Shown here: piece after piece, positions 50,819 to 60,033 of the stretch
How the letters are laid out: the number at the start of each line of letters is the position of its first letter
How positions within the stretch are numbered: position 1 is the first letter of the stretch
The notes under the pieces: generated by a model
What the model saw: only the letters and a program-made list of their open reading frames with translations
Database searches by the model: none
Told to the model about the DNA's origin: nothing
Assembly: GCA_035503915.1 (NCBI GenBank)
Contig: DATJSU010000053.1
Location: 69,327 to 133,326, forward strand
Direction of reading: 5' to 3'
Length of the DNA: 64,000 bases
Origin: Acidimicrobiales bacterium
Lineage (GTDB): Bacteria > Actinomycetota > Acidimicrobiia > Acidimicrobiales > Palsa-688
Position numbers and translations under genes: made by a program

Positions 50819-53302
50819 TTAGCCGTAGCCGAGCATCGAGAAGGAGCTAAAGATCTGGATCCCGAGCGAATGGGTGGCGGACCAAAAGGTCGACCCCAAT
50901 GGAGCGTAGAGGACCACCACGGCGACCGCGTAATCGTCGGTTACCGTGGATGAAGCTGAAGAGTCTTCGGCAGCAGGGGTCGTGCTGTCGTCGTTGAACG
51001 TAACTACGGCTCCGCCGACGAACGCCTCCGTGCTGGTGCTGAGGCTGACGTAACCAGTCGCGTTCATGGCAGATAGGCCCCCGCCCCAGATCGAATAGGG
51101 CTCCGAGGTCCGAGGCGAGATATCCTCAGGCAACCCGCGGCTCCGGAGCACCGAAACCGCACCCGCTTCTCCAGCCCGGACCAGGCTGGCAAGTGGCTCC
51201 CCTGCCCCGGAGGCCGAGCCCCGCTCGGGGTAGAGCCGGAAAAGGTAAACACCTTCCTTGCGGTCCGGTGAGGCATACCAAAGCTCGGAGGTGCTGAGCG
51301 CGCCCGTGACTTTCCTCGAAGTGCCATAGACGTCGAGCGTCACCGGCGCATCGGCTTGACGCGTCCAACTGGAGGGGACGCAAATGCCCATGTTCATGCT
51401 CTTTGCCAGCGCCGGAACAAGGTTGGTAGTGATGAAATCGTCTTCCGGGCTTAGTTCGACTGAGCCGGCGAGGTGCCCGCCGACCCATAGCTCCGCCTTG
51501 TACTCGACGTTGGTGAAACATTCGTTGTCCGCCGCCAAAAGCTCTGTAATAAACTGGAACTTGTTGAGGTACGGGTTGTAGCGCCCGCACTGCTCCTGCC
51601 CATCTCCCCAACAGGCGGTCTCGGATATGCCGCTCCACCTGCTTGACGCGTCGGCCCGCTGGTACCAGACAACGGTAATTGGCATGCGCGCCATCCTGCG
51701 CCAGGCAACGCCGGCTGGCACAGGCACGTCAAGTTCGAGGTAGTTGGGGTCGAGAAAGCCCTGCAGCCCATGCACGGCGAACGAGGACGCCGAGCTCGCC
51801 TCGACTACTTTACCGGTCGCCATCGAAAGCGTGAGGAGCCCCTCCATCTTGCTTATCTGCTCGCGCAAAGTCGGGGAAACTTGACCTTCTTGGGTGCTCG
51901 CAAGAGACTCGAGCCCTTCCATCGCGCCCGCAAACCATGCACGCTGCAAGCCATAACTTGTCACAGGCTGAGGCTTTCGGCACGTTGCGACCGTGCCCGA
52001 CGCACTGCAAGCGTACAGCATGCGCGTAACCCCGGCGCGGAAAGCCTCGTTAGCAGCCCCGTACTGGCCCGTTGCCAGCTCAGCGCCGCCAAGGTCGAGC
52101 CATGCCACCGGGTTTGTGGGGTCGAGACGGGCGGCCTCCCTAAAGAACGGGCCGGCTATGCCGGGGGCGGGAGCTTTACCCCCGCTCGCGAGCCACAAGA
52201 CGTAGTAACCCCAGCCAACGTTCAGGACATCGTTGGCGTCGTCGGCACCCAATTGGTAGGCCTTCAGCTCGTCCGAAGCCGCCAAACGTGCCCAGTAGGG
52301 CGAAATGTTCGTGGCCGAGACGAAGCCGGCGCCCACGGCCTCGCTCCCCCTGAGGGCTTCCGCAGCCGCACGCTGTACGTATGCCAGCGCGTAGTCCGGG
52401 CGGAGCTTTATCGCCTGAGTGAAGTCGTGGATGGCGGGTTGGTAACCAATCGGGGTCGTCGCATAGTCCATCGCTTCCACGCCCTGCGCATAATCCTGAG
52501 CAGCCCTGTCAGAAGGAGACCCTGGCTCTCTCGCGGCGGCGAGCCACCCTCCCCAGGCGACCCCGGTTGCCACAAGCAAACCCCCGAGGACGGCAAAGAT
52601 CATCCGGTTGCGCCCGTACAGCACGAACGCCGAACCAAAAAGGAACAGCGCGACCGCGACCATTGTGAGGATGGCGGTGTAGGAGTCGACGAGCGCGCCC
52701 CATTTGTTTGAGAAGTCGTTGTAGGCGTCCGATTTTGCCTGCAAGTAAGTTGCGCCCGAAGCACGTTGGCTGAAGAAATCGAACGGGAAGTTGGGGTCAG
52801 GGTTGCCATTTTGCAGGTACGGGTGCAGGTCAGAGGGTATATCCTGCTGCGTTTCACTAACTTGTTGCGAACCTGTCGCGTACATGTCCGCCCAGTAGGA
52901 AGCGTCGGGTTGTGCATACGTCGCCTCGAGCATTTCCTGTCCTGCTTGGGCCTCGAGTGCCTGGAGGGACTGGTACTGTGCATAGTCAGTTTCGGCCTGC
53001 TGGTAAGCGCTCGTCTCTGCCGCGCTCGCTTGGAGGCTCAGCTCCTGAGCAAGGTCGCCATCATTGGAGGAGGCCGCCGATGCTCGGTTGAGAAGAAAAC
53101 CACCGAGGGCAGCGAGAAACGTAGTGAGGACGACAATGATCGTGAGGGCGCGCGCAGAAGGTTTGGCTGGGGGCTTGTGTTCTTTCTCCTGTTCTAGCGG
53201 TACGGTCGCAGCGCCAGCGACGCGGGCCATCTCGGCAACTTCGGCGACACCCTCGGCTTCAGCCGTTGCGCCCAACATCGCTTCGCCCGGCGGTTCGTTC
53301 AT
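50819..53302 (-). CDS. Large membrane protein, function unknown
   Basis: 827 aa with three predicted transmembrane helices. A Gln/Ala/Tyr-rich helical segment lies between TM1 and TM2. The C-terminus is a ~560 aa extracytoplasmic domain with TPR-like Ala-rich repeats and several Cys pairs. The N-terminal ~270 aa are paralogous to the adjacent upstream protein. An 11-nt gap separates it from ltaE. Confidence 0.6.
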   Translation of the reverse strand: MNEPPGEAMLGATAEAEGVAEVAEMARVAGAATVPLEQEKEHKPPAKPSARALTIIVVLTTFLAALGGFLLNRASAASSNDGDLAQELSLQASAAETSAYQQAETDYAQYQSLQALEAQAGQEMLEATYAQPDASYWADMYATGSQQVSETQQDIPSDLHPYLQNGNPDPNFPFDFFSQRASGATYLQAKSDAYNDFSNKWGALVDSYTAILTMVAVALFLFGSAFVLYGRNRMIFAVLGGLLVATGVAWGGWLAAAREPGSPSDRAAQDYAQGVEAMDYATTPIGYQPAIHDFTQAIKLRPDYALAYVQRAAAEALRGSEAVGAGFVSATNISPYWARLAASDELKAYQLGADDANDVLNVGWGYYVLWLASGGKAPAPGIAGPFFREAARLDPTNPVAWLDLGGAELATGQYGAANEAFRAGVTRMLYACSASGTVATCRKPQPVTSYGLQRAWFAGAMEGLESLASTQEGQVSPTLREQISKMEGLLTLSMATGKVVEASSASSFAVHGLQGFLDPNYLELDVPVPAGVAWRRMARMPITVVWYQRADASSRWSGISETACWGDGQEQCGRYNPYLNKFQFITELLAADNECFTNVEYKAELWVGGHLAGSVELSPEDDFITTNLVPALAKSMNMGICVPSSWTRQADAPVTLDVYGTSRKVTGALSTSELWYASPDRKEGVYLFRLYPERGSASGAGEPLASLVRAGEAGAVSVLRSRGLPEDISPRTSEPYSIWGGGLSAMNATGYVSLSTSTEAFVGGAVVTFNDDSTTPAAEDSSASSTVTDDYAVAVVVLYAPLGSTFWSATHSLGIQIFSSFSMLGYG

Positions 53303-53321
53303 CGTGGGAGGGTAACCACCG

Positions 53322-54140
53322 TCAGGCCAGGCCTACAGCCAAGCTCACGCCCAACGACACTGCGATCGCGAAAACGCCTGCTCCTGACCACCGGGCACGT
53401 CGGTGCCGCCAGCCCAAATAGGAGAGTGTCAAGAAGAACGCCGCGATTATCACGAATGCTCCTGCGAGCACGATTTGTTCAGCTTGCGAGCGGTCATTGG
53501 ATGCGGAAGCGCCGAGTGCACCGGCCTGGCTTGCTCCCAAGGTCCGCAATGCGGAAGAGCCCTGTCCCGGTTGAACACAGGGCGACTCCACCTCGCTCGC
53601 GCGCAAGCCGGCCTCGTCGTAGTAGACGGACCCATTTTCACCCCGGCTCGAGGGCCAATAACAGAGGAAGCCTGGTACTAGGGCCCGCTCCACGGCGCCC
53701 TCCACGCGGGCCTCGGCCTCGAGAGCGCGAGCCTCTGTCGGGTCGTTGGCGGACCACGCGGCGGCGGCCCTGGCGTAAAGCGCGCTCTCGGCGACGGTGT
53801 GCTCCTGGTACGTCTCGCTGAGCCGGGCGCCATAGTCGAGGTAGCCGTCCTGTTCAGCTTTCACTGTCTGGTACTGGGCGACTTCCTGCAACGCCTGCTG
53901 GCTGAGCCCGGAGGCGGCCGAGAACTTGCTCGAGGCCCAAAAGGCCATCATCGCCCCAACAATCGACAGCCCTGCCACAAGTACCACGACACCCGCGTTC
54001 CACCGGTCAAGAGCTGCTTCTTCCGGGCTCGGCGGTGGGGCTGGGCTGCGGTCGGCGAGGAAGCGGCGCCACTCCAGGCGCAACAGGTAGAGCGCCCCCA
54101 GCAAGAGCAGGACGAGGGCCGCCGGGACGAGGACTACCAT
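53322..54140 (-). CDS. Membrane protein, function unknown, paralogous to the N-terminal module of the downstream 827 aa protein
   Basis: 272 aa with four predicted transmembrane helices. Its periplasmic segment SAASGLSQQALQEVAQYQTVKAEQ parallels SAASSNDGDLAQELSLQ...AQYQ in the large protein. Confidence 0.55.
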   Translation of the reverse strand: MVVLVPAALVLLLLGALYLLRLEWRRFLADRSPAPPPSPEEAALDRWNAGVVVLVAGLSIVGAMMAFWASSKFSAASGLSQQALQEVAQYQTVKAEQDGYLDYGARLSETYQEHTVAESALYARAAAAWSANDPTEARALEAEARVEGAVERALVPGFLCYWPSSRGENGSVYYDEAGLRASEVESPCVQPGQGSSALRTLGASQAGALGASASNDRSQAEQIVLAGAFVIIAAFFLTLSYLGWRHRRARWSGAGVFAIAVSLGVSLAVGLA

Positions 54141-54681
54141 CCGCCCTTCAGTTACCAGGAGTGCGGCAGGCCAGTGGCACCCGCCAATAGTAAACCAACC
54201 GCTTTCGCTCTCGCCCTCCCGATGACATTCGCGGCCCAGGCGCGGAGATGTTGTGCTTGGCGGGTACTACGGGCGTTCTTCGTGCCGGTCGACCTCACTG
54301 GGACCGCCTATTCTTTGGAGATGTATTGGTGCCTGTGCCGGCGAAAAGCCCACCATCCTGGCGACTTCCGGAGGGCTTGTAGGTACGCCACGGACAACGG
54401 CGTCGGCTTGCTCTACCGGGCCACTGACTTCGTCACGGTCGAGGAACGCATCGAACCCTCGCTGCTCCCGGCTGCCCACGGAGGTGCTTGATCTCGTTGG
54501 TCCGCGTCTGGCCGGGCCGGGGCAGCGGGCTTGGCTGATCGCCTCCGACGCTACTCGACCGTCGGCGGGGACCGCGGGAGCAGGTGTTCGCCGGGGGCCT
54601 CGTCCCGGCCGGGCACCGACCGGCTCCTTCCCGCCTAGCCTTCTAGGCTGTGCACGTCGCCCGAAAGGAGACGATCGTTAC

Positions 54682-55593
54682 TTGGAGCCAACTAGCCATA
54701 ACCGCCGGTCCTCGCCAGGCGCCCATCGCGTGCCGCCCCCAGGCCAGGTCCCCCTTATCGGCCGGATATTCCCCGCTCCCGTCGCTGCCAAGGTCCCGGA
54801 GGTCATATTTGTCTTTTGGGTAGCGAAGATCCTCACCACAGCCGGCGGGGAGGCGACATCCGATTTCTTGAAGACGTGGGGCAACATCCGGGGAGGGGGC
54901 ACCGAAGTGCTCCTGTTCGTCGTAGGCCTCGTCTTACAGTTCGGTACTCGCCGCTACCGCGCCCTCGCATACTGGGCGCTGGCATATGCCATCGCCATTT
55001 TTGGGACCGGCGTCTCCGATTTCCTGCACCTCGACGTCCACATCCCCTATGCCGGTACGACCGCTCTTTGGGCCTTGGTCCTAGCCGCGATCTTTTTGGT
55101 TTGGCAGCGCAGCGAAGGCACGTTGTCGATCCACAGCATCACGACCCAGCGGCGCGAAGCCTTTTACTGGGCGACCGTGTTCGCCACCTTTGCCCTCGGG
55201 ACGGCCCTGGGGGACTTCACTGCGACATCGCTGAACCTCGGTTACTTGGCCTCAGGCATCCTTTTCGCCGTCGTCATCGTGTTGCCAGCCCTGGCATGGT
55301 GGCGCCTCGGGCTCAGCAGCATTGCCGCTTTTTGGATGTCGTATGTTGTCACGCGGCCCCTCGGCGCGTCCTTCGCCGACTACATCAGCAAGCCTCGGAG
55401 CATCAGCGGGGTCAACTTCGGTGACGGCCCGACAGCGATCGTTTTCGCCGTGGCCGTCTTCGCTCTTGTCTCGTACCTCGCTCTCGCCCGTCCCGACATC
55501 CAGCGGCCGCTCGCCAGAGCCGCGAGGGCACGTCCGATCGTTCCCACGGGCAATCCCCTCCAGACGGGCGAGCCCGAGCTCGACGTCGACTAG
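54682..55593 (+). CDS. Conserved multi-pass membrane protein with four internal repeats (COG4705-like, uncharacterised membrane-anchored protein)
   Basis: Repeated G-x-x-x-SDFL / GDFTAT / GASFADY motifs, each preceding a transmembrane helix. Start at TTG 54682 with an AAAGGAG ribosome-binding site 11 nt upstream, or GTG 54730. The upstream ~140 aa of the ORF track call are rejected. Confidence 0.55.
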   Translation: MEPTSHNRRSSPGAHRVPPPGQVPLIGRIFPAPVAAKVPEVIFVFWVAKILTTAGGEATSDFLKTWGNIRGGGTEVLLFVVGLVLQFGTRRYRALAYWALAYAIAIFGTGVSDFLHLDVHIPYAGTTALWALVLAAIFLVWQRSEGTLSIHSITTQRREAFYWATVFATFALGTALGDFTATSLNLGYLASGILFAVVIVLPALAWWRLGLSSIAAFWMSYVVTRPLGASFADYISKPRSISGVNFGDGPTAIVFAVAVFALVSYLALARPDIQRPLARAARARPIVPTGNPLQTGEPELDVD

Positions 55594-55702
55594 CTCCTCA
55601 CGAACCCCGCCTCGGGGGAGCGCGCCGAGGATCTGGGAGCGTACGGGGCTACTAGGACGTCCTAGCAAGCCTCTGACTAGGAAGTGTGTGCCCAAAGGAA
55701 AG

Positions 55703-55785
55703 TGGGCGCGGAGGGACTTGAACCCTCACGGCCTCGCGGCCAATGGATTTTGAGTCCACCGTGTCTGCCATTCCACCACGCGCCC
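55703..55785 (-). tRNA. tRNA-Leu (anticodon CAA), class II with long variable arm; CCA not encoded
   Basis: Manual fold gives acceptor GGGCGCG/CGCGCCC, discriminator A, anticodon stem GTGGA/TCCAT with loop CTCAAAA, variable arm GGCCGCGAGGCC, and T-arm GAGGG-TTCAAGT-CCCTC. Confidence 0.85.
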
Positions 55786-55967
55786 GTACACATGTAAGCG
55801 GCCAGCTTGCGCTGCTGCGGTTATCGGCCTTCTCGCTTGAAGTAGTCCTGAACTGCGGGCGAAGCACAGGACGGCATCGGAGCGTCGATCGCGGTCAGGG
55901 AGGTCCAGCTCGAAAGGCACGATGACAGAGCGTACCCCAGGTCCCGGGTGGCTGTTCCTGGTTGGTC

Positions 55968-57683
55968 CTAACCACTGGTGGCCCGACGAGCCGACATCGT
56001 GTGATCAGCGGGCCGCCCTTGACCAACCTGTCCCCGGCGGACGTACAGGAAAACGTGCACCCCCCGGAACCACCAGGTTGGCTCGGCCCTATAAGACGAG
56101 CTCAGCTCCGCTTGGAGAGCGACGCTGGCCCGGTACTCGCGCACCCGGTAGGCAAGCACGCCATGGCCTGGGGGGGCCCCCACAGCGTGGGTGCGCAGCA
56201 ACCATAGGCGAGGGCAGGAGGCCACGACCCTCGGCCACCGTGAAATGGGGACGGCCTCGGGGTCAAGGGCATACGCGCCCCGGCTAGACCATGGCGCGTC
56301 CGGCAACACAGGAGCGGGCACGGGGCCCGGTAAGTCCTTGGAGTGCTCGACGTAATAGTCGAAAGGACTGTAGCCGTCAGCCACAAAAAAGGCGATGCAG
56401 TCGTGGGGTTGCGCACGGGCAACGACCTCGGTCACACCCTGGCGCCAGTTCTCCAAAGACACGCCGTAGCCGGGCAGGATGAGCGATACCCTCCAAACCG
56501 CCATAACCAATGCCGCTGCCAGCGCGAGGGGCCATGGGCGAAGCCGGGAGAGAGCCACGCCGATAACCATCGACGCAGCTGGTAGGGCGTCGATTATGTA
56601 GCGGTCCGAAAGCAAGGGTTGCACGGTGTCTGATATGAGGTAGTTGAGGGCGGGAGGCAACGTAAACCATGCGAACAGCAACCCGTAGGCCCAAGTGGTC
56701 TCCTCCGTGCGCCTCGTGGCCAGCCGGTAGGCGAACTGCCCACCTGCCAAGGCCCAGCAAACAACAGTGGCAACCGTGAGGTAGCCCACCGAAACAGGGC
56801 TGTAGGGGACGCCAACGCTCCGCGTCGAGGCCAGGAAGTCAAACAGGTACCGGTTGTTCAGGTCGAAGAGCGGGCCGGGCGGCGCTATCCAAGACGCGGC
56901 TCCTGTGCCGTGGTCCACGAAGACCCAGACAAGCGGTGCCCCGAGCAGCGCAATAGCTCCCAGGGAGAAGCCCAGTTGGCGTTTCGGTAAATCTCGCCAG
57001 TGCCCAACGACAAGCAGCGAGAGCACTTGCGCCACCACGACGAGCACGCTCAAGACAAGTGTGTAGATGGCGAGCGCCGTGAGTACGGCGTAGGCTGCCC
57101 AGGCCCGCCGGCCTCTTCCCTGGACGGCACAAACCAGTGCGAGCATAGAGCAGCACACGAAAAAGACCGCCACCACATAGGCGCGGGCATTTTGCGACCA
57201 AAACACGAAGCCCACGCTCGCGGCCACGAACGTAGCCCCGAACAATGCCGCCCGCCGGTCGAAGAGACGCTCCAAGAAAGCAAAGCAGACGGGAACGGCG
57301 CCGATTGCCGCGATGGCCGTCGGCAAACGGAGCGCAAACTCAGTGCTGCCAAAGAGCTCCATCCAAAAATGCATGCCAATGTAGTAAGACAATGCTGTCC
57401 CGCCATCTTTGAGCGCGGCTGCCAACAGCGCCGAGCCGTGCTGGCTCGCTGCAGCGAAGGTGAAACCCTCGTCAAGCCAGATGCTCCTCGCTCCAAGTCG
57501 GTAGAGGACGAGCACGACGATGAGCGCTGTCGGACCAGCTGCTCCGAGCAGGGGCCATGGCCGACTGCGCCCGCCAGGAGCAGCCCGGGCAGGGGTCGCC
57601 TTCCGGCGGGCAACGTGAGCTAACGAGATCGGGGCTTCGAGAACGGGGCTGGCACCGGGAACGGGAGGTCCCAGTTGGCTCAC
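55968..57683 (-). CDS. Glycosyltransferase family 39 (ArnT/PMT-like GT-C membrane glycosyltransferase)
   Basis: ~11 N-terminal transmembrane helices with the GT-C family 39 pattern (DE.F..AA motif region) and a C-terminal periplasmic domain. Confidence 0.7.
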   Translation of the reverse strand: MSQLGPPVPGASPVLEAPISLAHVARRKATPARAAPGGRSRPWPLLGAAGPTALIVVLVLYRLGARSIWLDEGFTFAAASQHGSALLAAALKDGGTALSYYIGMHFWMELFGSTEFALRLPTAIAAIGAVPVCFAFLERLFDRRAALFGATFVAASVGFVFWSQNARAYVVAVFFVCCSMLALVCAVQGRGRRAWAAYAVLTALAIYTLVLSVLVVVAQVLSLLVVGHWRDLPKRQLGFSLGAIALLGAPLVWVFVDHGTGAASWIAPPGPLFDLNNRYLFDFLASTRSVGVPYSPVSVGYLTVATVVCWALAGGQFAYRLATRRTEETTWAYGLLFAWFTLPPALNYLISDTVQPLLSDRYIIDALPAASMVIGVALSRLRPWPLALAAALVMAVWRVSLILPGYGVSLENWRQGVTEVVARAQPHDCIAFFVADGYSPFDYYVEHSKDLPGPVPAPVLPDAPWSSRGAYALDPEAVPISRWPRVVASCPRLWLLRTHAVGAPPGHGVLAYRVREYRASVALQAELSSSYRAEPTWWFRGVHVFLYVRRGQVGQGRPADHTMSARRATSG

Positions 57684-58189
57684 CTCGCAATAGTAGAAGG
57701 AGATGCCGTCGCGGTAGCGATCGGGCCACCGGCCACGATCGTGTACGGCGGTCAGTGCTCCAAGGAAGCGAGAGCTCTACGTATGGCCGCCACCACGTCC
57801 GCCGGCTTTGGGCCACCAAGGCGACCGTCGGCACAACCCGGCAGAAGTAGTGACAATGTGGCTAGTGAAACTGGCCAAGGGGCCCAGTCACTGCTGTTAT
57901 CAAAGCCACCGAGGTTATGGTCGGCAAAGACTAGCACTCCCCCTGTACGGGTTCCCAGCTCGGCGACCGCATCGCACGACCGCTGATGCCCGCCCTCGCG
58001 GCTGACCGATATTTGGTAATTGGAGCGGTGTGTATTAGGTCTGCCTTTCCTCGGCGCGTCCCTCTTGGGCCGGCGACATGTGACCATGGCCTCTGGCAGC
58101 TAAGGCGCCCACTTGCGATCGTACTTGCATGCTGATGGGCTTGGGCTCGTGCAGGACCACAGGCGCGCCCCCCTCGTGGCCGGCTTGAC

Positions 58190-59659
58190 ATGGGTGACCC
58201 GACTGCCTTCATCAAAAGGCCGCGCAAAGTTCCGAGCCGCCGGCCGCTGCCATCGCGTCTACAGGATTGGCAGGAGATCTATGTTCAGTTTTCTCGCAAG
58301 GACACCGCTTCACAAGCTTCACGGTGCGTGTCCTGCGGCATCGCCTACTGTAACTTTGCCTGCCCATTGGGAAATTTCATCCCCGATTGGAACGACCTCG
58401 TCTATAGGGGCCGCTGGCGTGACGCCTCCGAAAGGCTCCACGCGACAAACAATTTTCCCGAGCTTACTGGGCGCCTCTGCCCGGCGCCCTGCGAGCCAGC
58501 GTGCAGCCTCTCAGTAAACGACATGCCAGTTGCAAACGCCGTCGTGGAAAGAAAGGTTGCGGAGGTGGCCTTCGCCGAGGGATGGGTTGGGCCCGTGCGA
58601 CCGAGAGCCCGGTCGGGCAGAAAGGTGGGGGTCATCGGCTCTGGGCCGGCCGGCTTGGCTGCCGCGCAGCAGCTCACGCGGGCGGGCCACGAGGTGACCG
58701 TCTTCGAGCGCTCCCCAGGTGCGGGTGGCTTGCTGCGCTACGGGATCCCCGATTTCAAACTAGAAAAATGGGTGCTCGGCCGTCGGCTCGCGCAGATGCA
58801 CAGCGAAGGGGCCCGCTTTTTTTGCGGCGTGGAAGTCGGCGTCGACATCACTGTGAGCGCACTGCTCGGCCGGGGCAGGTTCGACGCTCTCCTCCTGGCC
58901 GGAGGTGCCCGGGCACCGCGAGACCTCGATGTGCCTGGCCGCCGCCTGCGCGGCGTCTACCAGGCCATACAGTTCCTCGTCCGGGCAAATCGTGCCGTAG
59001 ATGGTGAGACGGTCGTCCTCGGGGAACCGGCGCACGAGGACCTGAGTGCCTGCGCCAAGCGAGTCGTAGTGGTTGGTGGCGGCGATACCGGCGCCGACTG
59101 CGTCAGTACTGCTCTCCGCCAAGGCGCATCGTCAGTAACCCAATTGGAGATCATGCCCGAGCCGTCCGCCGCCCGAGATCCCTGGCTCCCGTGGCTCGGC
59201 CAGCGTTCCTGCGCGAGACCTTCCGCCGCAGCAGAGGAGGGCGGGCGGTGCCTGTGGTCCGCTTCTCCCCAGCGTTTCTTGCCCGATGGCGCCGGTCACG
59301 TGCGGGGGGTGGCAACGGCAAACGTCAGGATGGAGCTAGAGGATGGACGGCCAAATTTCCTAGTGCAGCCTGGGACGGAGAGGGTGCTCGAAGCAGACTT
59401 AGTCCTTCTGGCAATGGGGTTCAAGGGCGCCGAGCGCTCTCCGCTTCTCGCACAGCTTGATTTGCCCCTTACGGCCGACGGCAAGGTCGCCCGCGACGAC
59501 GTTTTCGCGACCGCTGCGCCGGGAGTGTTCGCTTGCGGCGACATGGCGCGAGGCCAGAGCCTTGTGGCATGGGCAATTGCCGAGGGGCGCTCTGCCGCCC
59601 ACCACATCGATGAAACGCTTATGGGCGAGACACTTTTGCCATGCCCGTTGGGCAGTTGA
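58190..59659 (+). CDS. gltD: Glutamate synthase (NADPH) small subunit GltD-like
   Basis: N-terminal 4Fe-4S Cys cluster (CVSCGIAYCNFACP) and two dinucleotide-binding motifs (GSGPAG, VVGGGDTGAD). No gltB is adjacent. Confidence 0.85.
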   Translation: MGDPTAFIKRPRKVPSRRPLPSRLQDWQEIYVQFSRKDTASQASRCVSCGIAYCNFACPLGNFIPDWNDLVYRGRWRDASERLHATNNFPELTGRLCPAPCEPACSLSVNDMPVANAVVERKVAEVAFAEGWVGPVRPRARSGRKVGVIGSGPAGLAAAQQLTRAGHEVTVFERSPGAGGLLRYGIPDFKLEKWVLGRRLAQMHSEGARFFCGVEVGVDITVSALLGRGRFDALLLAGGARAPRDLDVPGRRLRGVYQAIQFLVRANRAVDGETVVLGEPAHEDLSACAKRVVVVGGGDTGADCVSTALRQGASSVTQLEIMPEPSAARDPWLPWLGQRSCARPSAAAEEGGRCLWSASPQRFLPDGAGHVRGVATANVRMELEDGRPNFLVQPGTERVLEADLVLLAMGFKGAERSPLLAQLDLPLTADGKVARDDVFATAAPGVFACGDMARGQSLVAWAIAEGRSAAHHIDETLMGETLLPCPLGS

Positions 59660-59883
59660 CGTCGAGGCGAGCTATCTACCCGGCGGCCTTTGGGACAGTT
59701 TGTTCCCAGGGGTACCCTTGGCGGGCTCCACCCCGTAAAGGCGACGACAACCCCGACAATCGTGAGCTTGGCACGGTTGAGAGGAGCACGAGCCCCCATG
59801 CTGGGTGGCCGTGCCCAGGGCTGAAGTCGACCTTGGCAACGTCTAAGGCTCGCCTAAGTGTTGGAGGCAGACTAGGTCACGCC

Positions 59884-59918
59884 GAAGCGCCCTCCATGGC
59901 CACGCTTATATGGTACAT
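59884..59918. promoter_or_regulatory. Direct repeat CATGGCCAC (x2) flanking an AT-rich 12-bp spacer, ~120 bp upstream of fabD
   Basis: ccATGGCCACgcttatatggtaCATGGCCACtcat lies in the 375 bp leader of the fab operon. Candidate operator or promoter, possibly a FasR-type site. Confidence 0.25.
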
Positions 59919-60033
59919 GGCCACTCATCGCAGGACTGGGGGTGACGGCCCTCGAACTGCAGCTTTCACCCGGTTGTTACTTTCGGGCGGGCAACTATGG
60001 TCAGAATGTTGGATGACCGAAGGAGGCTTGTAG

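Noticed and set aside
55594-55967. tRNA-Leu as a possible genomic-island integration site.
   Set aside because: The flanking genes (a conserved membrane protein and a GT39) show no integrase, direct repeat of the tRNA 3' end, or compositional shift.
59637-59659. Hairpin ctgcccgttgggcag at the gltD stop codon as an intrinsic terminator.
   Set aside because: The stem is only 6 bp and no U-tract follows; at best a weak structure.
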